This document shows positions 1 to 11,661 of a stretch of DNA of 64,000 bases, one piece after another. How positions within the stretch are numbered: position 1 is the first letter of the stretch; every line of letters starts with the position of its first letter. Below the pieces are notes generated by a model. That model did not search any database, was not told where the DNA came from, and saw only the letters and a list, made by a program, of their open reading frames with translations. The DNA is from Azolla caroliniana. Lineage: Eukaryota; Plantae; Polypodiophyta. The translations under genes were made by a program, and so were the position numbers. The stretch is taken from the NCBI GenBank assembly GCA_043228905.1, contig JBHGNT010000001.1:21452001-21516000 (forward strand). The letters are read 5' to 3'.

Positions 1-2290
1 TTTGGATGTTTGGTGTATATGCATGTGTCTAAGGATCAGAGCCCGAAGCTCGACAGTGAGTCGAGACTCGAAACCATGCATATTCCTGGGGTACTCAGAG
101 GATGAGTTCGGCTACAAGTTGTGGGACTTAGTCGACAAGAAGGTAGTGAGAAGTCAGGACATAGTCTTCTTGGAAGACAAGACGATCGAGGACTAGAAAC
201 AACAAAAGTGGGAATTGACTTACCAGTTGACTCCCACTACCACCGAATTAAGAACAGTCGAACCGACACAGTCGACTATTCGGAGATAGCCAATCGGCAT
301 AGTCGAATCCAAGTCGGTCGACTCAGAGCAACCGACCAATACATATGAGTCGGAGTCTACAGAACCATTGAAGTCGATTGAGGAATACGAGTCGGAGTCG
401 GCTAACCCTAAGCAACTAATCGACATATATGAACCCAAGGCGAGAGAAGATTCGGCAGAGACATCCGAACCATAGCCAACAACGGGTGGAAGGAGATACC
501 CACTCAGAGAAAGGAGAGCACCGACTACATATGGCAGTCAATACATCCTCTTGACTAATGAAGGTGAGCCTGAATGCAAGACAAGATGGACTCCTTGCAC
601 GAAAAGTATACTTACGACTTGGTGGAGCTACCAAAAGGTAAGAGAGCACTCCGGAATAAATGTGTCTACAAAGTGAAAACTGAAGAAGTCAACAGTGCAC
701 CCCGATATAAACCCCGCATTATGGTGAAGGGATTTCAAGAGAAAATCGGTGTCGACTTTGACGAGATATTCACACTAGTCGTAAAGATGAGATCAATTAG
801 AACTGTTCTGAGCATAGCTACTAGTATGAATCTAGAGATCGAACAGTTGGATGCCAAAACAACATTCTTGCATGAGGAGCTAGACGAGGAGATCTACATG
901 CAGTAGCACGAAGGCTTTGAGGACAAAGGAAAAGATAACCTAGTGTGTCGGCTGAAGAAAAGTTTGTATGGTTTGAAACAAGCTCCACACCAATGGTACA
1001 AGCAGTTCAAATCCTTCATGCTAGAACACGAGTTCCACAAAACACGGGCAGATCACTGTGTGTTTGTCAAAAGGTATGATGAAGGTGACTTCTTGATTCT
1101 CTTATTATATGTGGATGACATGTTGATAGATGGACAAGAAACGAAGAGGATCGTGAGCTTGAAGAAAGCATTGGGCAAGTCGCTTTCCATGAAAGATCTT
1201 GGATTGGCCAAATAGATTTTGGGGATGTAGATAGTTCGGGACAGAACTAAGAAAGTGTTATGGGTGTCACAAGAGAAGTATGTGACAAAGGTCCTAGAAA
1301 GATTTAACATGTCAGAAGCAAAGTCGGTCGGTTCTCATTGCCGACAAACGGCAAGATGAATGTTAAGTAATGCCCGAGGAGGGAGAAGCAAAAGGGTTGA
1401 GATGAGGAAGTTATTGTATGCCTCGGCCATCGGCAATTTGATGTATGTTATGGTTTTGTACGAGACCAGACATAGCATTTGTTGTGGGGGCATTAAGCTG
1501 CTACATGAGTAATCCAGTCACAGAACATTGAGCAAGAGTGAAGTGGATACCGGGCTACTTAAAAGGCACCTTGGGGGTGTGCCTCAGGTATGGTGTCGGA
1601 AAACCTATGCTCGAAGGTTTTACTGACTCTGACATGTCCAAGAATGTAGACTCAAGCTGATCCACATTAGGTTATGTGATGACCTATGTAGGGGGAGCAA
1701 TGGCATGGCGATCAAGACTGCAGAAGTCTGTGGCCTTGTCGACCACAGGGGCAGAGTATATGGCCGTGGTAGAGGCCGGCAATGAGCTGATTTGGATGAA
1801 GAATTTCCTTAGTGAACTAGGAATGAAGCAAGAGAGATTCCTACTTCACTATGATCATCAGAATGCCATACATCTAGCCAAGAACGTTGCATACCACTCC
1901 TGAACCAATCATATACAGAGGAGGTATCACTTGTTGCGGAAGAAAGTGCACAAGGGGGAGTTTACCCTTGGGAAGATCCATACTCACGACAATGGATCCG
2001 GCATGCTCACGAAGAACCTACCGATGGATAGACTCAGAGTGTGTTGACAGAAGACATGACTAACTGACTCCACCCACATGAGTGGAGGGGGAGTTTGTTA
2101 GGAATATGTCCCTCCTATGGGAGAAGCCGACTGTTTGACTTGGGAAGAGCCGACAATCGAAGACACAGAGTAGTTGACTGGTCGGGCTAAGAACCGAAAG
2201 TCGAAGACACTGAGAGTCGACTGAGAGAGAGTCAACCAGGAGAGTTGACAGCAAGTGATCCAAGTTGAAGGCACGACCGACAAGGAGTAA
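1..2290 (+). mobile_element. Degenerate Ty1/copia pol remnant (integrase C-term, RT, RNase H) with PPT and truncated 3' LTR starting ~2096
   Basis: Fragments CIFLGY, LKKSLYGLKQAP, LLLYVDDML, ALSTTGAEY, with many stops/frameshifts; GGAGGGGGAG followed by TGTTAG at 2096. Confidence 0.9.
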
Positions 2291-2299
2291 TTCAAAATA

Positions 2300-2910
2300 G
2301 AACAAATCAAACTATCTCATTATCACAATCTAATTATATTAATTCTATTCTCCAAAGATTTGATATGCTCCATAATAAGCCCATTAGTACTCCTCTTACC
2401 TCTCCTTGTAAACTCTCAAATGATGATTCTCCAAAAACAGAACGAGAAATTTCCGAAATGAAGGATGTACCTTAGAAACAAATCTTTGAGTGTATAAGAT
2501 ATCTAGTAAGTTGTACACGTCCAAATATTTGTTTCGCCGCTAGTTTTCTTTCTTGTTTCATGGCTAATCTAGGACCAAAGCATTGGATCGCGGTCAAGCA
2601 ATTACTATGATATTTGAAGCATACTCAACATTATGCGTTGACTTGCTCGTTTCATGGCTAATCTAGGACCAAAGCATTGGATCGCGGTCAAGCGATTACT
2701 ACGATATCTAAAGCATATTCAACATTATGCAATTGACTTACTCGCTTCATGGCTAATCCAGGACCAAAGCATTGGATCGCGGTCAAGCGATTTCTACAAT
2801 ATTTGAAGCAAACTCAACATTATGTGTTGACTTAGTCGGCCACACAATCTAAGTCGACCACGCTTGTGCAAGGATGGACACACCCCTCCAGTCAACTAAT
2901 TGGTTGGTCT
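2300..2910 (+). mobile_element. Second, unrelated copia RT fragment, cut at the NUMT junction
   Basis: Translates to LSQSNYINSILQRFDM...CTRPNICFAASFLSCFMANLGPKHWIAVK...LIGWS; the partner copy continues in frame as DSDWGGEVDRRKST. Confidence 0.85.
2556..2834 (+). repeat. 3x ~94-95 bp tandem repeat inside copia RT (also at 46066-46344)
   Basis: TTCATGGCTAATC(T/C)AGGACCAAAGCATTGGATCGCGGTCAAGC recurs at ~2556, 2650 and 2745. Confidence 0.93.
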
Positions 2911-4123
2911 TCGGGTCTTTCTCCACCCATACCTCGTTACATGCCTAGCCCTTACGGACGCACAGATGAATATGGGCTTACCATGTTCCATCAATGGCAT
3001 CTAACCTATGCCGATTTCGGCGGACTGTGCTCTACCCCGGTGAACCCATGCGGTTTCGACGTGCCCAGAGGCCAAAGGCGAATCCGTTCACGGTCCGTCA
3101 GACTAACCAGTCGAAGATGGCCCTAGCCTTGCCTCGGTCATGCTTTACTAGGCTTATACACATTTGCTTACGCTGTCCCCTCTTCAGCTCACCCCAGCCC
3201 CCATCTTGAGGGACGTTGCCCTCAAGGCTTCACACCAAGTCTTTACAGTCAAAGCGTGCTTGAGCAAGGTCAGGCAGAACCGTTGCCCGATGGGAACCTC
3301 CCCCATATTGCTATCTGTGAAAGTGTTTTTAGAATCTAAGCCATTGAACATTAGGAGAATATAAAGTATAGATAATTCACCTTTTGAGGATAAGAACACG
3401 AACTAAGACCTTAGGGAAGAAGTCAAAAGTAAAAGTACGAGACCAAGAGAAAAGTAAAAAGAGAAAACGCAGACTATAAAAAACAGTAAAAATAAAATGG
3501 TCATAACTCCCTCGTTGTTTATCCAAATATCACGTTTAAATATGGATTAGAAAGCTTGTAAAAAGAGCTTTCTATAGCTTTTTAAATCGCTTAATTTGGA
3601 TATCGGATGAGGGAGATATGACGATTAGAAGGTTGATGTGTCATAGCTAAAAATAGGGAGATAAAAAGCTTCTAAAAATAGCATGAACGTGGATAAGAAG
3701 AGGAAGGTTATAAAAGAAGAAGTAATATTAGTGAGGGGGGCGAAGAGTGAAAGGAAAAGAGTGGATGAGGAGTGTTAGGAAGAAGTGTCTTAGAAGAGGA
3801 AGGTCTTTGGTTTTAATGTGGAGTTTGTCTCCTTTGTATTCTCTTGATGTTGGAATATCAGAACATTCTTATTTCTTGCTCGCTTTCTCTATCTTTTTTC
3901 TTAGTTTCTTGAGTTATACTCTCTAATCATAATTACCTAGAGCTATATAATATATTATGATTTTCAACTCCATCTAATCGGTTTGGTCAAGCCCTCGTAT
4001 AGTGTATAACTATCTATTATCTTATACACCCTATCATTTTGGCGCTCCAGGGAGGGCGGATCCTTTCCGTATAGGAAGAGAAGTTATCATTTAATTGTGT
4101 TACTATATTACATTAACTTAGCT

Positions 4124-5497
4124 ATGCAATTTGCATTTTCGGGTGAAAGAACACAAGATGCTGGTGCCTTTTTGGCATGCTTTGAGCATCATGCCATATC
4201 TATTGGACGCATCACCGACAACGAAAAGTTGCCCTTGTTGGTAGCTACATTCTATGGTCGTGCTCGAGATTGGTATGACTCTCTTCCGCAAAATGAACAA
4301 GGAGAATATCAATTATTGGTGCATCAATTTCGTACAAGATATATTCAATGGAAAAGTGCAACTGAGGTAAGGGAGGAGCTTTTTCAACTAAAGATGGAAT
4401 CACCTTTTGGTTTTTTAGAGTATGAACGAAATTTCCAAGAATTGTGGACGACGTGGATTCGTCTTCGTGGTGGCACCGAAGACGAGTGGTTTAAGATAGA
4501 ACAATTTAAGGTGGGCCTTGATATGCATTTCCGTTTGGAGGCAAGCTTGAAGGATCCAACGACTTTTCAAGCTCTTCTCCAAGTTTGTCAAGATTATGAT
4601 CGACAAGTGAAGATGATGAGTTCCATGGGGGATCCCCAAATGACGGCTTTGGGTGCAAATTTGATGCCTCGTGCCAACTTTCAAGCCTTATCTTCAATTG
4701 TGCATGGTGGACAAGTGTTTCCAAATGTGTATACCACCACAACAATAAACCCAACAAGTATATCTCAAGAAGTGGAACAAGTGAAGAGTGAACAAGATAC
4801 AATGGCGTTGGTGAATCGGCGCTTTGATGAAGTGATGGCCCACTTGCAACAATCCCAAGCAATTCGCAACACTATTCCCGATGGTGGTGGCTCTAGAGGG
4901 CATCAAGGTGTAATTTGTTATTCTTGTCAAGAGGAGGGACACTCAACAAGATGTCCTCATCGACAACAAAGAGGTATGGAAAGAGACATGTATGAAGTGC
5001 AACGGAATGGACAACGACCTATCAACAATGGAGTCGAAGGAGGCGAATCCATAACACTTCCAATGACTCAGGTTCCTACAATTCCTCATAATGTGAATCT
5101 TCTTAATTTTATTGATGATAGTGATAGTGCTTGTGAAGTAGCTCTTGTGAAAAGGACAAGAGCCTCGCAAAAGGAGAAAGAAGTTGAAGGAGAATCTAGT
5201 GACTCAAGACAAAAGAAGAAGTCTAAGGAGAATGAGAAAGAGGACAAATTGAGAAGGAGACACTCTAGAAGGAAGATAAAGATGGAGGATATTCCTATGG
5301 GAGAAGGTGTAGAATCTTTCAATCGGAAGCATGAATTGATATCGAGTGGACCAAGGATAACATGGCCGCAACTTCTCCAATTATCATCCACATTACAAAA
5401 TGAGTGGGGGAGGCTTGTGAGTATTTGCCAAAGTCAAAAGACCGTGCATTACGTGGGGATCATGCGAGTAGAAGATCGAAAGGACATACGTCCAATC
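4124..5497 (+). CDS. Gypsy gag (capsid, degenerate CCHC knuckle); 5' part of a gag-PR-deltaRT frame
   Basis: GRARDWY gag-like motif and CYSCQEEGHSTRC; the frame joins 10936-11661 when the copia insert is removed. Confidence 0.85.
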
Positions 5498-8400
5498 TGT
5501 CGAATACATGTGTATAATGGACGTATTCACACTATTCCGTTTTGGCCATTTATGAAATTATCATAAAGGGTAGTTGCCCTAAGTCGGTCACTATATATAG
5601 TGACCTTGTAACCTCTTTGTGAGGTTGGATGTTGTATTATTTGCTTTATGGAATAAAGACTCTTTTGTGCCTCTCTCTCTCTCTCTCTGTGCAACGACCT
5701 ACCTTCTGTCATACGCAGGTACTCAGAACAGAACTGAATGCTCCTTGATCTTCCGCATTGACGACCTCGCTTTCAACATCTGGTATCAGAGCCTGCACAG
5801 TAGTCGGTCCTTCAATCCGCTGTCGGCCGTCGTCTCAGCATTCGGTTTCCTGCGTCATTCGAAGAAGAGAGAAGAAGAAGAAAAACAGGTTTGCATCTCA
5901 TCGCGTTAGATCCTCTTGCTTGGAGTAAGCCTTCAGGTTGTACTCTGTTCCTTGTGATCGTAACCGCTCGAGGTGAAATCCCCTTGTGCAACATTGACGC
6001 GATCGTGCTCCACTCGGTTAAACAGCATCCGAAGAGGTAATCAAACGCCGCTCGTTGTAACCACTCGGTGCAGATCGGTCTTAAGACAACAGCCCCAAAT
6101 TCGTGCTTCATCTGGCTGATCGACATTCGGGAGGATCAGTTGGATCCGTCTCTCTCGTCACTGCAGCCACCCGAAGCAGAATCGGTCCAAATAATCGGTT
6201 TCAATAATCGGTATTCGGCATATATATCCGAAGCGAACCGGGCTCACTCCGACTCGGCAACATTCGGGAAGACCAGTCGGTTCTGTCCCTCAAGCTACCG
6301 GAGTCAATTCGAGCAAGTTCCGAAGCCGAACCGACTCGGGTTCAAATCTGACTAGAACGATATCGGGTGAGCCAACCGGCTGCACTCCAACAAGGTTCGT
6401 AGTCAACTCCGAACCGAGCTTCGTCAACCGAAACCGAATTTGATGGCATCAACATCCGGCTCGTCAGAAATGAGTCTACGAAAGTTCGATGGATCGAACT
6501 TCAACTTCTGGAAAGAGCAAATGCAGGACTATCTCATAGTCAAGGGACAAATCGATCCCATCGAAAATGAAGAACCTCCAGAAGGATACAAACCAGTTGA
6601 GTGGCAGAAGCTGGACAGAATCGTCCGTGCCACGATTCGGATGCACCTATCGGAATCGGTATATTTTACGGTGCAATCGTGTACGACAGCATTCGAACTG
6701 TGGAAAACACTGTCGGACACTTACGAAAAGAAGGTCGCCGCAACGAAGATGTTTCTGATCCGGCGCCTCTACAACTTGCGGATGAAAGAATCCGATTCGG
6801 TTCAAGCACACCTCAATGAGTACGAAAGCATAAGCTCCCAAATCTCGTCACAGGGGACGGCAATTGAGGATGAACTCAGAGCAATGATACTCATGAGCAG
6901 CCTTCCCTCATCATGGGAAACTTTCGTCACAACCGTGTGCAACGCGTCAACCACGGCTGTTAAATACTCCGAAGTCACGAGCGCAATCCTGACCGAAGCA
7001 GCTCGGAGAAAGTCTTTCGCCAAAGACTCAACAGACGACGCTTATGTAGTACAAGGTTTGACAGACCGATCGAACATACGAGGAAGAGATTCCTCACGAC
7101 CGCCGAACAATCAGCGAAGACGGAGCCAGTCACGGGATAACCGAATCTGCAATTATTGCAAGAAACCCGGACACATCAAAGCCGACTGCCGCGCACTCAA
7201 GAACAAGAACAACAAGAAGAGTGGCCGGCATGAGGAGATCAATTACGTCAGCTTCTCAGCTGATGTACTACCTGACGACCCGAATATACTATCAATAGAA
7301 AATCCAGTCGGATCAGAAGTTCTACTCACGACTGAAGAATCGAGCACATGGCTCTTGGATTCGGGCACGTCATTTCACGTGACTCCTCATCGATCCCAAT
7401 TTCGGCAATATACGATCCGTCACTCCGACTCAGTTCGAGTCGGCAACTCACAACACTGTGACATCGTCGGAATCGGCACAGTAGAGCTCAACCTTGCAGG
7501 GGGCTCTACACTTGTACTCCACAATGTCCGACATGTACCCGAGCTCACAAGGCCATTGATCTCAGTCGGACAACTAGATGAAGACGGCATTCGTGCCGGT
7601 TTTTCTTCGGGAGGGTGGACACTCCACAGGGGGAACCTCCTGCTTGCTAGAGGACCCAAGATACACTCACTGTATCCGTTACATGTTACGCTCAGAGAGG
7701 GTAACCTGTTTTTGGTGGATATTCCTGTGTCATCACTATGGCACAGAAGATTAGGACACCTCAGCAAGGCCGGCATCACGCACCTATCTAGAGCCGGATA
7801 CATCCCTAAACTCTCCTTCTCCGACCATCAATTTTGCGAGCATTGCCAGTATGGCAAACAAGCAGCCACATCACACCCGACATCAGCACCAAGAGAATCG
7901 AGACCTCTCGATTTGGTCCACTCGGACGTCTGTGGCCCAATGCCGCATCAGTCTCTCGGTGGTGCCTCTTACTTCGTCACTTTTATTGACGATTCGACTC
8001 GAAAGGTGTGGGCTTATCTAATTCGCACCAAAGATCGGGTCTTCTCGATCTTCACCGATTGGCTCGCTATGGTAGAAAATCAAACCGACCGAAAGCTGAA
8101 ATGCCTTCGGACCGACAATGGGGGAGAGTTCAAATCAGAAGAATTCGTCAAATTCTGCCGACAACGCGGCATCCGACGTGAATTTACGGCACCACACAGT
8201 CCGGAGCAAAACGGGATTGCAGAACGAATGAATCGGACAATCCAAGAAAGGATAGTTTCCATGCTCCAACACTCCGGACTGTCGGATGGCTTCTGGGCAG
8301 AGGCTCTACTCACGGCAGTACACATAATCAATATGTCGCCAAGTAGACCTCTAGGACTTCAAATTCCTCAGGAACTATGGAACGGCAGTAAGCCGAATTA

Positions 8401-10930
8401 CGACAAGCTGAGGATCTTCGGATGCGAGGCGTACGCCCTTATTCCGAAAGATGATCGCCGAAAACTTGCACCTCGGTCCAGGAAATGCATTTTCCTTGGA
8501 TATGGATCCGACGGCGAAATGGGATACCGACTCTGGGACCCCGAACGCAGACAAATCGTTCGAAGTTCGGACGTTGTGTTCAACGAGTCGGCTATGAATC
8601 CATCAGTCGAAAAACCGATCGAAGTCCGAAGGGTAACATTTTCCGATGTGCCGACCCTTCAAGAAGGCCCCGCTCTCAACACACGGTCAGCTTCACGGGT
8701 AGCTGAACCTTACACTACCGACTCGGACAACTCCGACTCGGCACAGCAGAACAATCCGCTTTCGGACCATCCGACCACGATACCCGATGCGACCAGTCCA
8801 ATCATGCCTCGACGATCCGAGAGACTGTCGCAACCTCCGGAGAGGTATTCTCCTGGAATTTTCTTCACCGACGCCGGCGAACCGACGTCTTACGAAGACG
8901 CATCGACATCTGTCGATTCAGCCACCTGGCATCTGGCGATGGAGTCGGAAATGCACTCCATTCGGGCAAACAAGACTTGGGATCTGGTTGAATTACCCAG
9001 GAACCGACGTGCTCTTCCTTGCAAGTGGGTTTATCGACTAAAAGAGACGTCTGATTCGACCACCCCAAAGTACAAGGCCAGATTAGTTGCGAAGGGCTTC
9101 CGACAAGAATATGGTGTCGACTTCGACGAGATTTTTTCACCAGTGGTGAAAATGACAACCCTTCGTTTCCTACTCGGCGTAGTGGCAGCCGACAACTTGG
9201 AGCTGATTCAGCTAGATGTCAAAACAGCATTCCTCCATGGTGATCTTGACGAGGAAATTTATATGGAGCAGCCAAAAGGCTTCGTGGCCACCGGCCAAGA
9301 ACATCTAGTCTGCCGACTCAGGAAGAGTCTATACGGCCTCAAACAGGCACCGCGACAATGGTACAAGAAGTTCGACGACTTCATCCAATCGATCGGCTTC
9401 TCCAAAAGCGATGAGGACCATTGTCTCTTCACCAATACAGCTCAAGATGGATCACCCATCTTCCTCATCATTTACGTGGACGACATGCTAATTTCTGGAC
9501 GCCACGCGGGCGAACTTGCCGATCTCGTTCGGCAACTGCGGTTGAAGTTTGCCATGAAGGACCTCGGTCCGGCACGACACATCCTTGGCATGAAGATTAG
9601 TCGGCATCGCGATAAACGACATCTTTTTCTGTCTCAGACCGACTATATCCGACGTGTCTTAGAACGCTTCAACATGCAATCAGCCAAATCTGCTTCAACC
9701 CCGCTCCCTATGAATCTTCGGCTCTCTCAGCGAGACTGCCCGACATCCGGTCCGGAGGGGGAAGATATGAAGTCGGTACCGTATGCACCGGCAGTCGGCT
9801 CCCTTATGTACCTGATGGTCGCGACACGGCCTGATATTTCTCACGCCGTAGGAGTCGTCAGCAGATTTATGCACAATCCTGGCCGATCGCATTGGAACGC
9901 AGTCAAGCATGTGTTCAGATATCTGGCTGGCACAAAAGACCACGGCATTCTTTTCGGTCCGAACCGAACCTCAGGCGTAGTCGGTTACACCGACTCGGAT
10001 TTCGCCGGCTGTATAGACAGTCGGAAATCAACAACCGGATACTGCTTCAAATTCGGCAATGGAGCAATCTCGTGGAAGTCGAAACTTCAGGAGTGCACAG
10101 CGACCTCAACGACCGAAGCAGAATATGTAGCTGCGTCCGACGCAGCAAAAGAAGCTTTGTGGCTCGGTCGGCTGGCGCACACGTTTCGACAAGTCGAACA
10201 TGACTCGGCTCCAGTTGTCTACAGCGACAGTCAAGGTGCTGTTGCCTTGTCGAAAAATCCGGTTCACCACAACGCCTCCAAGCATATCGACGTTCGATAT
10301 CACTTCGTTCGGGACTGCGTCATTTCAGGGAAAATCGGTCTAGAGAAAATATCCACAACCGACAATGTCGCAGATGGAATGACCAAATGTCTTTCGGCAG
10401 ACCGCTTTCGGTCTCTTCGGCATCAGATGGGCGTAACGACAAACCAGTCCGGTTAGAGCCGGACACAGAGCAGGATGGTTCCCGACAACCGACGTCAGTT
10501 CCTTAATGATCGACTTCAACTGTTCCGACCCGACCAGTTCGGTCTTCTGCCTTCGGACCCTGCCGACTTGAACAAAGCTGATATGTCCGAGAACCTAAGT
10601 CTATACCTGTAATCTTAGATAACCCATGTATACGCCCATTACGGGGGAGTGTCGAATACATGTGTATAATGGACGTATTCACACTATTCCGTTTTGGCCA
10701 TTTATGAAATTATCATAAAGGGTAGTTGCCCTAAGTCGGTCACTATATATAGTGACCTTGTAACCTCTTTGTGAGGTTGGATGTTGTATTATTTGCTTTA
10801 TGGAATAAAGACTCTTTTGTGCCTCTCTCTCTCTCTCTCTGTGCAACGACCTACCTTCTGTCATACGCAGGTACTCAGAACAGAACTGAATGCTCCTTGA
10901 TCTTCCGCATTGACGACCTCGCTTTCAACA
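5498..10930 (+). mobile_element. Intact Ty1/copia (Tnt1/Tork-like) retrotransposon; LTRs 5498-5778 and 10650-10930 (281 bp); TSD CAATC
   Basis: LTRs look identical; PBS TGGTATCAGAGC (tRNA-iMet) at 5781; PPT GGGGGAG before 10650; TSD at 5493-5497 and 10931-10935. Confidence 0.98.
6443..10456 (+). CDS. Copia gag-pol polyprotein (gag, CCHC, protease, integrase, RT, RNase H), uninterrupted
   Basis: CNYCKKPGHIKADC, WLLDSG, WHRRLGH..CEHC, RTDNGGEF, YVDDML, YTDSD, KHIDVRYH in copia order. Confidence 0.97.
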   Translation: MASTSGSSEMSLRKFDGSNFNFWKEQMQDYLIVKGQIDPIENEEPPEGYKPVEWQKLDRIVRATIRMHLSESVYFTVQSCTTAFELWKTLSDTYEKKVAATKMFLIRRLYNLRMKESDSVQAHLNEYESISSQISSQGTAIEDELRAMILMSSLPSSWETFVTTVCNASTTAVKYSEVTSAILTEAARRKSFAKDSTDDAYVVQGLTDRSNIRGRDSSRPPNNQRRRSQSRDNRICNYCKKPGHIKADCRALKNKNNKKSGRHEEINYVSFSADVLPDDPNILSIENPVGSEVLLTTEESSTWLLDSGTSFHVTPHRSQFRQYTIRHSDSVRVGNSQHCDIVGIGTVELNLAGGSTLVLHNVRHVPELTRPLISVGQLDEDGIRAGFSSGGWTLHRGNLLLARGPKIHSLYPLHVTLREGNLFLVDIPVSSLWHRRLGHLSKAGITHLSRAGYIPKLSFSDHQFCEHCQYGKQAATSHPTSAPRESRPLDLVHSDVCGPMPHQSLGGASYFVTFIDDSTRKVWAYLIRTKDRVFSIFTDWLAMVENQTDRKLKCLRTDNGGEFKSEEFVKFCRQRGIRREFTAPHSPEQNGIAERMNRTIQERIVSMLQHSGLSDGFWAEALLTAVHIINMSPSRPLGLQIPQELWNGSKPNYDKLRIFGCEAYALIPKDDRRKLAPRSRKCIFLGYGSDGEMGYRLWDPERRQIVRSSDVVFNESAMNPSVEKPIEVRRVTFSDVPTLQEGPALNTRSASRVAEPYTTDSDNSDSAQQNNPLSDHPTTIPDATSPIMPRRSERLSQPPERYSPGIFFTDAGEPTSYEDASTSVDSATWHLAMESEMHSIRANKTWDLVELPRNRRALPCKWVYRLKETSDSTTPKYKARLVAKGFRQEYGVDFDEIFSPVVKMTTLRFLLGVVAADNLELIQLDVKTAFLHGDLDEEIYMEQPKGFVATGQEHLVCRLRKSLYGLKQAPRQWYKKFDDFIQSIGFSKSDEDHCLFTNTAQDGSPIFLIIYVDDMLISGRHAGELADLVRQLRLKFAMKDLGPARHILGMKISRHRDKRHLFLSQTDYIRRVLERFNMQSAKSASTPLPMNLRLSQRDCPTSGPEGEDMKSVPYAPAVGSLMYLMVATRPDISHAVGVVSRFMHNPGRSHWNAVKHVFRYLAGTKDHGILFGPNRTSGVVGYTDSDFAGCIDSRKSTTGYCFKFGNGAISWKSKLQECTATSTTEAEYVAASDAAKEALWLGRLAHTFRQVEHDSAPVVYSDSQGAVALSKNPVHHNASKHIDVRYHFVRDCVISGKIGLEKISTTDNVADGMTKCLSADRFRSLRHQMGVTTNQSG

Positions 10931-10935
10931 CAATC

Positions 10936-11661
10936 ATCCCTGTCTCCATCAAAGGGGTTCACATCAAAGATGCCTTGGGTGATAGTGGTGCTAGGGTAAG
11001 CTTGATTTCTGAATTTGTAGTAAACAAAGTAGGAATTCCTATTAGTAGGTCATCTTCAACAAGGGTGGTTGTAGTAGATAGTGGAGTGGTGCATTGCACA
11101 AGCATAGTGGAGGATGTGTTCATCAAGTGTTTTGGAATAAGAGGAGAAGCTTGCAACAAATACCACATCAACTTGAAGGAAAGTGTATCAATTTCCCCAA
11201 AGCTTCGGCAATTGAGTGTTGAACAAAAGGAAGAATTTATGCAAGAGTTCAACGCATGGTTACAAGAAAGTTCCAATTATAAGATGGAAGATTTGAGGTG
11301 TGTGTCACCTATAGTTTTGGTTCCAAAGAAGAATGAGATCAATTTCAAAGCCTTGAATGATTCGACCAAACGAGATGAATTTTCACTTCCTTCTCGAGAT
11401 GAGATTGTCGATAAAATGGTTGTTTATACAAAACAAGGTAGTGTGGACAATATGTTGTGCCAAAAAGGATTTCATGTGGATGATTCAAAGATTAACATAA
11501 TTACAAAGATGACAATTCCGACAAGTCTTGAAGCTTTGAAAGTATTTGTGCAAAAGGTGCGCTCGCTCGAAAGATTCATTTATATGTTGACATGCTTACT
11601 GCTATCAAGAGTGATGTATCCCATGGCCCTACTAGTCTTTGGAGCGTTAACGAAGACATAA
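10936..11661 (+). CDS. Gypsy aspartic protease plus internally deleted RT remnant (3' part of the split frame)
   Basis: LGDSGA protease motif; SPIVLVPKK, ALN..TKRDEFSLP, then thumb-like GFHVDDSKI; no YxDD, RNase H or integrase. Confidence 0.8.
   Translation: MPVSIKGVHIKDALGDSGARVSLISEFVVNKVGIPISRSSSTRVVVVDSGVVHCTSIVEDVFIKCFGIRGEACNKYHINLKESVSISPKLRQLSVEQKEEFMQEFNAWLQESSNYKMEDLRCVSPIVLVPKKNEINFKALNDSTKRDEFSLPSRDEIVDKMVVYTKQGSVDNMLCQKGFHVDDSKINIITKMTIPTSLEALKVFVQKVRSLERFIYMLTCLLLSRVMYPMALLVFGALTKT

Larger units (their letters stand above)
1..2910 (+). repeat. Segmental duplication copy 1 (partner 43511-46420); may extend upstream of the window
   Basis: Colinear with 43511-46420 at constant offset 43510; only 4 mismatches seen by eye (1331, 1498, 1749, 1787). 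Identity ends at ...TGGTTGGTCT|2911. Confidence 0.97.

Noticed and set aside
10771-10935. N-terminus of the 296-aa ORF (and C-terminus of the 489-aa ORF)
   Set aside because: Read-through into copia LTR sequence; not part of the gypsy protein.
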